A program made the position numbers and the translations under genes. The notes under the pieces are model-generated. The model was not told where the DNA came from. It saw only the letters and a list, made by a program, of their open reading frames with translations, and searched no databases. A DNA stretch of 64,000 nt from contig JALGSW010000002.1 in assembly GCA_029821635.1 (NCBI GenBank), forward strand, positions 8,673-72,672, given 5' to 3'. The stretch's first letter is position 1. Each line of letters starts with the position of its first letter. This document shows positions 39,170-46,445 of this stretch, in pieces. Source of the DNA: Candidatus Zipacnadia bacterium. GTDB lineage: Bacteria > Armatimonadota > Zipacnadia > Zipacnadales > UBA5352.

Positions 39170-40351
39170 ATGCAGGACCGGTCCATCAGCATTCTGTTGG
39201 TCGAGGACAACCCTGGCGACGCGCGCCTGCTGCGTGAGATGCTCAACGACGCAGGGCGCGCGGACATCAGCCTGCACCATGTGCCGGACCTGGCGCAGGC
39301 GTTCCAGAGCATTGAGAGCGGCGGCTTCGACATCGTGCTGCTCGACCTCGGCCTGCCCGGCAGCCGCGGACTGGAGACCTTCCGGAAGCTGCATGGGGAG
39401 CATCCGGGGATGCCGGTGGTCGTCCTGAGCGGCCTCGACGACGAGCAGGTCGCGATCAGCGCGGTGCAGGAAGGCGCCCAGGACTACCTCGTCAAGAAGC
39501 AGATTTCCGGCGGCGCGCTGCTCCGCGCGGTCCGTTACGCGGTGGAGCGCCACATGGCGCAGGAGCGCGAGTTGGGCCTCATGCGACGCGGGGGCGAGAG
39601 CGGGGCGATCGCGTTCGTCGGCGTGAAGGGCGGCGTTGGCGTCTCGACGACCGCCATCAACTTCGCCACGGCGCTCGCGGTCAAGGGCAAGTCCGCGCTT
39701 GCGGTCGAGATGCGCGGGCGTCACGGCACGTTCTCGACGCTGCTCGGGCGCAGCCCGGCGGAGAACCTGAGCCACCTGATCGCGCTGGGGCCGGGGCAGA
39801 TCAGCCAGGAGGCCGTTGGGGCGAGGCTCTTCCGCACGCCCTACGGCCTGCGCGTGCTCTTCGGCCCGCAGGAGGCGCGCCAGGAGGTCGAGATCAGCCC
39901 CGAGCAGGCAGCGGCCATCGTGGACGTCACCTCGCGGATGGGCGACCACACCATCATTGACATCCCCGCATGCCCCTCCGAGGCCGGGCGTGAGGCGATG
40001 CGCAGTTCGTGGCGCGTCTTCATGCTGCTCGAGCCCGAGCCCGCATCGCTGCGCTCGGCGCAGGTTGAGCTTGACGCACTGCGCACCGCGGGCGTCACCG
40101 GCCAGCTCATGGGCGCGATCATCGTGAACCGCGCGGCCGTGCCCGTCGGCCCGAACCTCCAGGATGTGCGCGACGGGCTCGGGCTGGAGGTCCAGGCGGT
40201 CATCCCCCCGGCGGCCGAAGCCTGCGCCGCCGCCCAGCGCTCCGGCACCCCCGTCGTGCTGACCCAGCCCGACAGCGTCTACGCCACCGCCATCAGTGAA
40301 GCCGCCGATCGGCTCACCGCGCTGCAGATCGTGGCGCCGTCCATGTGGTAG
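39170..40351 (+). CDS. response-regulator receiver fused to a CpaE/TadZ-type ParA/MinD-family ATPase
   Basis: The receiver has canonical residues (LLVEDN, DIVLLDLGLPG, VVVLSG, DYLVKK). A deviant Walker A follows, FVGVKGGVGVSTTAINFA, and then an ~250-aa ParA-like domain. Confidence 0.8.
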   Translation: MQDRSISILLVEDNPGDARLLREMLNDAGRADISLHHVPDLAQAFQSIESGGFDIVLLDLGLPGSRGLETFRKLHGEHPGMPVVVLSGLDDEQVAISAVQEGAQDYLVKKQISGGALLRAVRYAVERHMAQERELGLMRRGGESGAIAFVGVKGGVGVSTTAINFATALAVKGKSALAVEMRGRHGTFSTLLGRSPAENLSHLIALGPGQISQEAVGARLFRTPYGLRVLFGPQEARQEVEISPEQAAAIVDVTSRMGDHTIIDIPACPSEAGREAMRSSWRVFMLLEPEPASLRSAQVELDALRTAGVTGQLMGAIIVNRAAVPVGPNLQDVRDGLGLEVQAVIPPAAEACAAAQRSGTPVVLTQPDSVYATAISEAADRLTALQIVAPSMW

Positions 40352-40521
40352 ACGCGCGTCGGCGCGGAGGAGTCGGGCCCCCTTGAGCCGAACAGGCCCC
40401 CGCAAGCCCAGATCTCGCGTCTGGAGGGGTCCCGATCGCGCGCCGCCCGCTCTCACTCCGGTCGGTCATCCTCGGCGCCGCCTGCGCGGCCGCCGCCTGC
40501 TGGATAGTCTCCTGGGCGGAG

Positions 40522-42405
40522 ATGACCATCGGGTCCATCCAGATCGGCATCCTGCAGTTCGCCCCGGTCGCCATCGGGCTGCTGCTGGCGATCGTGCTCG
40601 CCAACCTCATCACTGGCCGCTTCGCCCCGCGCCTCGCGCTCAAGCCGCACGAGGTCATTGTGGTCTACACGATGACGCTCGCGGCGGCGCTCACGATGAG
40701 CCGCGGGCTGCTGGAGCGCTGGATCCCCGCGCTGATCTCGGTCAACTACTACGCCACGCCCGCCAACCACTGGCAGACACTCTTCTTCGAGCACATCCCG
40801 CAGTGGGCGGTCCCGTTCGACGTCGAGGGCGACTCCGCGCAGTGGATCGCGCGCTCGTTCTACGAGGGCCTGCGCGCGGGATCGGTGCCGTGGGAGCCGT
40901 GGCTGAAGGCCCTCGCCGCGTGGCTGCCGCCCGTCGTCGCGATGTTCGTGGCCTACTTCTGCCTCGCGTCGATCCTCCGCAGGCAGTGGGTTGACCACGA
41001 GAAGCTCGCCTTCCCGCTGACCGTGCTTCCGGTCGAGCTGGCCCTGCACTTCCGCTGGCGCGAGTCGGTCTTCGCCGATTCGGTCTTCTGGCTGGGCTTC
41101 GCGCTGCCGACGCTTGTGCTCACGCTCAACGGCATCCACAGCATCCTCCCGTCGATCCCTGAGATCCCCGTGCAGTACCGCCTCAACCAGCTCATCTTCG
41201 GCCCGATGGGCCGGCCGTGGCGCGACCTCGGCTACACCACCGCCTACTGCTCGATGGCCGCGGTGGGCTTCGGCTACTTCCTCCCGAGCCAGGTGCTCTT
41301 CTCGCTCTGGGCGTTCTTCGCCATCATCCGCGTGCAGAACATCGCGTTCTCGGCCTTCGGCGCGCCGCTGGAGGCAATGCCGCTCTTCCCGACGAGCATC
41401 TGGAATGGCTACCAGGTCGCGGGGGCGTATCTGGTGCTGACCGGCTACATGGCCCGCTCGGCGATGCCGCACCTGCGGGGGGTGTGGCGAGCGGCGGCCG
41501 GGGGCAAGCCGGACACCTCCGATCATGCCGACGACCCGCGCCCGGCACTGCCGCCGCGGATCGAGCTGATCGGCCTGCTCGCGGCGGTGGTCGTCGCCAC
41601 GTGGTGGTTCGTGCTGCTGGGGATGTCGTGGTGGATGGCGGCGCTGGAGACGCTCGTCTTCCTGCTGGTGATCTGCGTGGTGATGGCCCGCGCGGTGGGG
41701 GAGGCGGGGCTGCCGATGACCGAGACGAGCTTCCGGCCGGTGGACCTTGTGCGGCTGGTCTCGCCGATGCGGGTGCTGGGGCCGAGTACGCTCACGTCGC
41801 TCGCGCTGGCGGACGCGGTCTTCACGCGCGACCTGCGCGGCAACCTGCTCTCGACCTTCCTCGATGCGCTGAAGATGTCGGACGCGACGAACCTCGACCG
41901 CCGGCACCTCTTCGCCGCGCTGGCGATCGCGCTGCTGGTGGCGCTGACCTTCGGCACGTACCTGCACATCACGGTGCCCTACGAGCATGGGGCGATCGGC
42001 ATGTACAGCTACATCTACCGCGGCAACCCGCTGCTTGGGTTCAAGTATTTCGCGCCGACGATGCAGTCGGGGGATGACTATGACGCGCGGCTGCCGATCT
42101 TCTTCGCGTCGGGGGTGCTGGTGACGCTGGCGTTGGGCGTGCTCCGGATGAGGTATGTGTGGTGGCCGCTGTCACCGCTTGGGTTTGCGCTCTCGGGCTC
42201 ATGGAGCATGATCGTGTTCTGGTTCCCGATGCTGATCGCGTGGGTAGTGAAGGGCGCGGTGTTGCGGTATGGGGGGATGCGCGCGTATCAGCGCCTCCGC
42301 CCGCTGATGTTCGGCCTGATCCTGGGCGAGTTTTCGCAGGCGGTCCTGTGGGCAACGATCTCGGGGATATGGCGTACGCCCGCACCGTTCTTTCCGTGGC
42401 CGTAG
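40522..42405 (+). CDS. large polytopic membrane protein of unknown function (~14 predicted helices)
   Basis: 627 aa and hydrophobic throughout. It has conserved-looking loops (FFEHIPQWAVPF, VPWEPWLKALAAWLPP). I cannot confidently assign a family. The true start may lie upstream (see findings). Confidence 0.75.
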   Translation: MTIGSIQIGILQFAPVAIGLLLAIVLANLITGRFAPRLALKPHEVIVVYTMTLAAALTMSRGLLERWIPALISVNYYATPANHWQTLFFEHIPQWAVPFDVEGDSAQWIARSFYEGLRAGSVPWEPWLKALAAWLPPVVAMFVAYFCLASILRRQWVDHEKLAFPLTVLPVELALHFRWRESVFADSVFWLGFALPTLVLTLNGIHSILPSIPEIPVQYRLNQLIFGPMGRPWRDLGYTTAYCSMAAVGFGYFLPSQVLFSLWAFFAIIRVQNIAFSAFGAPLEAMPLFPTSIWNGYQVAGAYLVLTGYMARSAMPHLRGVWRAAAGGKPDTSDHADDPRPALPPRIELIGLLAAVVVATWWFVLLGMSWWMAALETLVFLLVICVVMARAVGEAGLPMTETSFRPVDLVRLVSPMRVLGPSTLTSLALADAVFTRDLRGNLLSTFLDALKMSDATNLDRRHLFAALAIALLVALTFGTYLHITVPYEHGAIGMYSYIYRGNPLLGFKYFAPTMQSGDDYDARLPIFFASGVLVTLALGVLRMRYVWWPLSPLGFALSGSWSMIVFWFPMLIAWVVKGAVLRYGGMRAYQRLRPLMFGLILGEFSQAVLWATISGIWRTPAPFFPWP

Positions 42406-42425
42406 AGGGGCGCAAGTGAGGTGCT

Positions 42426-44576
42426 GTGAAGATGGCACGGATCACTCTGATAGCGATGGGCGTCGGCATGGCGGCGCTGGTGCACGCCGCGCCCGAACTG
42501 ACCGTCAATGGCCGGCCCATCTGCGGCAGTTTCGCGGTGCGATGGGAGCCTGCGGAGCTCAAGCAGGCGCAGGAGGCCGGGATCAACCTCGTCTTCTGCT
42601 ATGAGCGACCGTCGAACTCCGCGCTGCTTGATCCGGAGACCGAACTGGGGCGCATTGCTCTGGAGGGTGGCACGGGGGTGCTCGCCAACTTCCTGCGCTA
42701 CGCCGGTAGCGCGCGCCTGCTCGCCGACCTTGAGCCGGAAGACACGCTGGTGCGCATGAGCGGCGTCGCGAGCCTGCCCGACAGCGGGACGCTGGTGCTT
42801 GATGACGAACTCATCGAGTACGAGGGGAAGCAGGACGCCGCTGTCGTCGTGTCGATGCGTGGCGCGCGGGGCACGGTACCCGCCGCCCACGCAGAGGGAA
42901 CCTTCCTGTTCGAGGAGAGCACCCTCATCGAGCACCTCGAAAGCGTGAAGTACTCCCCGACGCTCTGGGGCTTCTGGGTGCTGGATGACAGGAAGGGTGA
43001 GCAGGCGACCGCTCTGCGCAACTTCACCCGGATCGTCCGCGAGCATGATGTAGACGCGGATGGCGAGCCGCTTGGTCACGTGATCATCGCGGGCTTCGCC
43101 AGTGTTGAGGCGCTTGCGAACTACACCGAGGGCTGTTGCGATGCCGCGGGGGTCTACATCTACCCTTCGCGCAGTGGTGCCCACCGGACCTGGCTCACCC
43201 ACGACCAACTCCGCGAGATGGTCCCTCTCATGCGCGAGCGAGACCCTGACGCGAAGTTCATCGGCATCTACCAGGCATTCCACGCACCGAAGTGGGAGCC
43301 GAAGCCCACGCCGGCACAAGTTCGTCAGCAGGTGAACGACTTTCTGCACTGGGGCGCATCGGGCTTGATGGCCTACTCCTGGCACATGGTCGAGGGCGCG
43401 ACCACGCTCAACACCATGGACGACCTGCGCGCTGAGGTCACGCAGATCGCGACCGACCTGCGTGAGGGGCGCCTGCAGGTCGATTTGGCGCCGCCACAGG
43501 TGGAGCCCACTGCGGAGTTCGCGTCTCCCGAGGGACCGCGCACGCCGGTCTTGCGCTTCGGGGAGGGGACCACGCTCCCAGCCAGCGGGAGGCCGCTCGC
43601 CGCTGAGATCGCCCCGCTCGATGGCGAGGAAGGGGCATGGCTGCACCTGCATTTCGCACGCTACGAGGAAGGCGGTGACCAGTGGCCGGGCATCCGCTTC
43701 GCACCCGCTGATCCGGCCATGCTGGTGCGCGACTGGTCGGCCTTTGGCGGACTGGTAGTGCGCGTCAGGAACACGCTGCAGGTTCCCTCCGAGATCGGTG
43801 TAGTCATCGCCGGCCCGATCGGGATGTGGGCGCGCTACCACCCGCTGCCGGCCAATGCTGCGACAGACGTCGCGGTGGACCTGCGCGAGGTCGCGCGCGC
43901 AACCCCGATTGAGCGCATCTCACGCCTGACCCTCATCATGCGTCGCCCGCCGGTCGAGACGCACCTGGCGGTCCAGGGCGCATGGCTCACGCCGCTGCGA
44001 CTGGAGGCGGCCCCCGACGGTACCACAGCCGTACCGTCCATCGCCGCGGAGACACCCGACGAAGCCGATTGGGACCAGGCGGCTGTGTTGGCACTGAGCG
44101 ATTCCACGGGCACCCCGGCCGTCAAGCCCTGTTCCGTGCGACTGGCACGGTCGGCGGAGACACTACACATACGTTTCGACTGCGCGGCGCCCGACCCGGC
44201 GGTTCTGCAGGCGCGGTGTACCGATCGCGACGCGCATATGGCCGGAGAGGACACCGTGCAGGTGCTGCTGCGCGCGGAGGGCTCGGAGACGGTCGTGAGG
44301 CTGCGGATGAACGCACTGGGGACTGTGCGCGATGAACTGATCGGGCCGAGTGGGGCGGACCTCGCGTGGGATTCGCAGGTGGTGGTCAGCAGCGAACTCG
44401 CGGCAGGAGTATGGCGGGTCCAGATCGACCTTCCGCTTGCATCCGTGCCTGCCGGCGCTGCCGACCGTTGGCACGCTGCCTTCAGTCGCGGCGACACCGA
44501 ACTCCGCCCGCTCGCCTGGCCAACCGAGCGTATTCCGGGGGGCGTAGCTCTCGGGAGCCTGCGACCGGTGCCATAG
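42426..44576 (+). CDS. secreted protein with TIM-barrel-like N-terminal region and C-terminal CBM9-like domain
   Basis: The GTG start is 20 nt after the upstream stop. Signal peptide is MKMARITLIAMGVGMAALVHA. The C-terminus (SVRLARSAETLHIRFDC...EDTVQVLL...WRVQIDLPLASV) resembles the CBM9 tail of 16034..18646. Confidence 0.7.
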   Translation: MKMARITLIAMGVGMAALVHAAPELTVNGRPICGSFAVRWEPAELKQAQEAGINLVFCYERPSNSALLDPETELGRIALEGGTGVLANFLRYAGSARLLADLEPEDTLVRMSGVASLPDSGTLVLDDELIEYEGKQDAAVVVSMRGARGTVPAAHAEGTFLFEESTLIEHLESVKYSPTLWGFWVLDDRKGEQATALRNFTRIVREHDVDADGEPLGHVIIAGFASVEALANYTEGCCDAAGVYIYPSRSGAHRTWLTHDQLREMVPLMRERDPDAKFIGIYQAFHAPKWEPKPTPAQVRQQVNDFLHWGASGLMAYSWHMVEGATTLNTMDDLRAEVTQIATDLREGRLQVDLAPPQVEPTAEFASPEGPRTPVLRFGEGTTLPASGRPLAAEIAPLDGEEGAWLHLHFARYEEGGDQWPGIRFAPADPAMLVRDWSAFGGLVVRVRNTLQVPSEIGVVIAGPIGMWARYHPLPANAATDVAVDLREVARATPIERISRLTLIMRRPPVETHLAVQGAWLTPLRLEAAPDGTTAVPSIAAETPDEADWDQAAVLALSDSTGTPAVKPCSVRLARSAETLHIRFDCAAPDPAVLQARCTDRDAHMAGEDTVQVLLRAEGSETVVRLRMNALGTVRDELIGPSGADLAWDSQVVVSSELAAGVWRVQIDLPLASVPAGAADRWHAAFSRGDTELRPLAWPTERIPGGVALGSLRPVP

Positions 44577-44580
44577 CGCC

Positions 44581-44645
44581 CGCGTGCATGCGTTCGCGCG
44601 CGGGCGTTTTCGTCTACCTGCAGGCATGGAGTGACCGGCCCGTGT
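44581..44645 (+). repeat. direct repeat copy 1 flanking the vapBC cassette (contains terminator-like hairpin 44577-44610)
   Basis: CGCGTGCATGCGTTCGCGCGCGGGCGTTTTCGTCTACCTGCAGGCATGGAGTGACCGGCCCGTGT. The stem is CGCCCGCG / CGCGGGCG, followed by TTTT. Confidence 0.85.
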
Positions 44646-44654
44646 CCCCTCCCT

Positions 44655-45032
44655 CTAGTCCCCCCGCGCGATGTACTCCACCCCCGCGACATCCGCGAAG
44701 TCGGAATCGCCGGTGACGAGAGTCGCGTCGTGGTGCTGGGCCGTGGCATACACGATCGCGTCCGCCATCCCCAGGCCGAGGCGGAGGTTGTAGTCGGCCG
44801 CCTCCAGAGCGATCGTGTCATCGAGTGGAATGACGGTGTACTCACGCAGACGACTGGCAGCGAGGTCGGCCTCGGCCTCCGGGCGCTGGCGCCGAATGAT
44901 CTTGTAGACCTCGTAGATCACGATCGTCGGGACAATGATCTCCTCATCGCGCTCCGCCCACTCGAGATACCGCTCGTAGCGCGGTCCTTCCGTGAAGATA
45001 TCGATCCAGCCGGACGAATCGATGAGGATCAC
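44655..45032 (-). CDS. vapC: PIN-domain ribonuclease toxin VapC
   Basis: 125 aa. It begins MILIDSSGWIDIF, with the first acidic residue. Later motifs are IVIYEV and ADAIVYATA...TLVTGDSDF. A 4-nt overlap links it to the upstream antitoxin. Confidence 0.9.
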   Translation of the reverse strand: MILIDSSGWIDIFTEGPRYERYLEWAERDEEIIVPTIVIYEVYKIIRRQRPEAEADLAASRLREYTVIPLDDTIALEAADYNLRLGLGMADAIVYATAQHHDATLVTGDSDFADVAGVEYIARGD

Positions 45033-45238
45033 AGGCGGTCCTCCTTCTCGCGCAGGTCGGCGGTATCGATACCCTTCACGAATCCAACGAGATCTCGCAG
45101 GGGGACAACCGGCACGAGGTGCACGATGCCATGCTTGGCAATCACCTGGAGCTTCTGCCCGGGGCGGATGTCGAGCTGCTCACGCACTTCCTTCGGTATG
45201 ACCACCTGATAGCGGCTGGAGACTGTTGTCGTAGCCAT
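45029..45238 (-). CDS. vapB: AbrB/MazE/SpoVT-type antitoxin VapB
   Basis: 69 aa. The swapped-hairpin motif SSRYQVVIPKEVREQLDIRPGQKLQV is present, and the stop overlaps the vapC start. Confidence 0.85.
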   Translation of the reverse strand: MATTTVSSRYQVVIPKEVREQLDIRPGQKLQVIAKHGIVHLVPVVPLRDLVGFVKGIDTADLREKEDRL

Positions 45239-45278
45239 TGCGCCTCACCGTAAGACGGAAATGTGTTCGATGCCACTA

Positions 45279-45308
45279 TTATCATACCCGCTGGCCGTTT
45301 GAGTCAAG
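45279..45308 (-). promoter_or_regulatory. sigma70-like promoter for vapBC
   Basis: On the minus strand: TTGACT (45308-45303), an 18-nt spacer, then GATAAT (45284-45279). It lies ~40 nt upstream of the vapB ATG in an AT-rich patch. Confidence 0.55.
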
Positions 45309-45422
45309 CCTGTATGATGATCGCGCGATACCGAGAGGCCGTTCCTCCGGCTTAGGAGGACATTCCTACTTTGCTCCAGCCGGTCAGCGCCATTGTACTC
45401 GCTCCAGACGCGTCTCGCGCAG

Positions 45423-45452
45423 TTGACACCCGCCCTCCCTCCCTGCTAAGAT
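45423..45452 (+). promoter_or_regulatory. outward-facing sigma70-like promoter at the right edge of the cassette
   Basis: TTGACA (45423-45428), an 18-nt spacer, then TAAGAT (45447-45452). It fires toward repeat copy 2 and the HNH gene. Confidence 0.4.
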
Positions 45453-45466
45453 ACTCTCGGGGTCCA

Positions 45467-45530
45467 CGCGTGCATGCGTTGGCGCGGGGGCGTTTTCGTC
45501 TACCTGCAGGCATGGAGTGACCGTCCGTGT
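45467..45530 (+). repeat. direct repeat copy 2 flanking the vapBC cassette
   Basis: CGCGTGCATGCGTTGGCGCGGGGGCGTTTTCGTCTACCTGCAGGCATGGAGTGACCGTCCGTGT. Relative to copy 1 it has 2 substitutions plus a 1-nt indel and substitution near the 3' end. Confidence 0.85.
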
Positions 45531-45634
45531 TCGATAGCGGCTTCTACATACGGCAGCGGCCAACTGTGAACACCGTATTCCGCATACGGGCGTTCGCTCT
45601 CTTCACTAAGAGGTCTCTCTGAGTCGCACCCATG

Positions 45635-45663
45635 GCCCGCTGCCCCCAGGTAGCGGGCTTTTT
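45635..45663 (+). terminator. canonical intrinsic terminator with no upstream CDS
   Basis: GCCCGCT / AGCGGGC stem with a 10-nt loop, followed by TTTTT. It lies ~65 nt before the HNH start codon. Confidence 0.6.
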
Positions 45664-45728
45664 CGTACGTCGGAGCAAGACGACAATCGGGAGGCGGGAT
45701 CACCAAGGAACATCTCTGGAGCCAGGGC

Positions 45729-46259
45729 ATGAGCGCGCAAGTACTCGTACTCAATCAGAACTACGAACCCCTGACCGTTTGCGGATGGCAACGGGCAGTT
45801 TCGATGGTGTACGTCGGCAAGGCGATCGTCGTCGAGGAAGACTCGCGCATCCTGCACTCGCCGAGCACTCAGATGCGCCTCCCGACCGTCGTCAAGCTCG
45901 CCTACCACGTCAACCGGCCGATGCCCAAGCTCAAGCTCTCGCGCCAGAACCTGCTTGCGCGCGACCGCTTTTCGTGCCAGTACTGCGGCCGGCGCGGCAA
46001 GATGCTCACTGTGGACCACGTGATCCCGCGCGACCGCGGCGGCACCTCGAGCTGGGAGAACCTCGTGGCCTGCTGCGCGGCCTGCAACAACCGCAAGGCC
46101 AACCGCACCCCGCGTGAGGCGGGCATGCACCTGCTCCGCCGCCCGCGCAGGCCGAAGTTCATCCCGTACCTGAGCTACGCGGTCTTCACCGCGGCCGTCA
46201 AGAACCCCGAATGGCGCTACTACCTGGAGCCCTTCGCGCCACACCTGGTCGGCTCCTGA
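45729..46259 (+). CDS. HNH endonuclease
   Basis: 176 aa. Motifs are CQYCGRRG...[13 protein letters not shown]...[15 protein letters not shown], with the HNH catalytic His and Asn and two CxxC pairs. Confidence 0.9.
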   Translation: MSAQVLVLNQNYEPLTVCGWQRAVSMVYVGKAIVVEEDSRILHSPSTQMRLPTVVKLAYHVNRPMPKLKLSRQNLLARDRFSCQYCGRRGKMLTVDHVIPRDRGGTSSWENLVACCAACNNRKANRTPREAGMHLLRRPRRPKFIPYLSYAVFTAAVKNPEWRYYLEPFAPHLVGS

Positions 46260-46287
46260 GCGCGCCCGACCGATGCCCGAACGATCC

Positions 46288-46316
46288 GAGGCCGGACGCC
46301 ACGCGCGTCCGGCCTC
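46288..46316 (+). terminator. hairpin terminator after the HNH gene
   Basis: GAGGCCGGACG / CGTCCGGCCTC forms a perfect 11-bp stem with a 7-nt loop, followed by TTCGCATT. Confidence 0.55.
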
Positions 46317-46445
46317 TTCGCATTGGCGGGCAGAGCCGCGCCTCGATTCCCCGTCCCAGAGCGCTCAGGTCGAAGGTCCTTCCTCGCCCGCGTCGAACAG
46401 GTAGCAGGGGTGTGTGTCCGTTCTCGACCATCCGGAGGCTGATCG

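Larger units (their letters stand above)
44581..45530. mobile_element. putative inserted toxin-antitoxin cassette (vapBC plus promoter) bounded by ~65-bp direct repeats
   Basis: Direct repeats at 44581-44645 and 45467-45530 bracket the pair. The interior is visibly less GC-rich than its flanks and carries its own strong promoter. No recombinase lies inside. Confidence 0.4.

Noticed and set aside
44581-44645. The 65-bp direct repeat as a tRNA- or tmRNA-derived att site.
   Set aside because: I found no T-loop (GTTCGAATC-like) with matching stems, no acceptor-stem pairing and no CCA-proximal features. I saw no tRNA-like sequence anywhere in the window.
45238-45754. Small ORFs in the vapBC-flanking region (62 aa on plus, 45238..45426; 84 aa on minus, 45500..45754; 161 aa on plus, 45632..46117) as possible extra cassette genes.
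   Set aside because: None has an RBS, and their composition is atypical. One runs through a terminator hairpin and another overlaps the HNH gene out of frame. The region is better explained as promoters, repeats and structured RNA.
35859-46259. The N6-methyltransferase (35859..36701) and the HNH endonuclease (45729..46259) as one restriction-modification system.
   Set aside because: They are 9 kb apart and separated by an unrelated signalling operon and the TA cassette, each with its own promoter or terminator. This HNH type is a small stand-alone family. There is no evidence of functional linkage.
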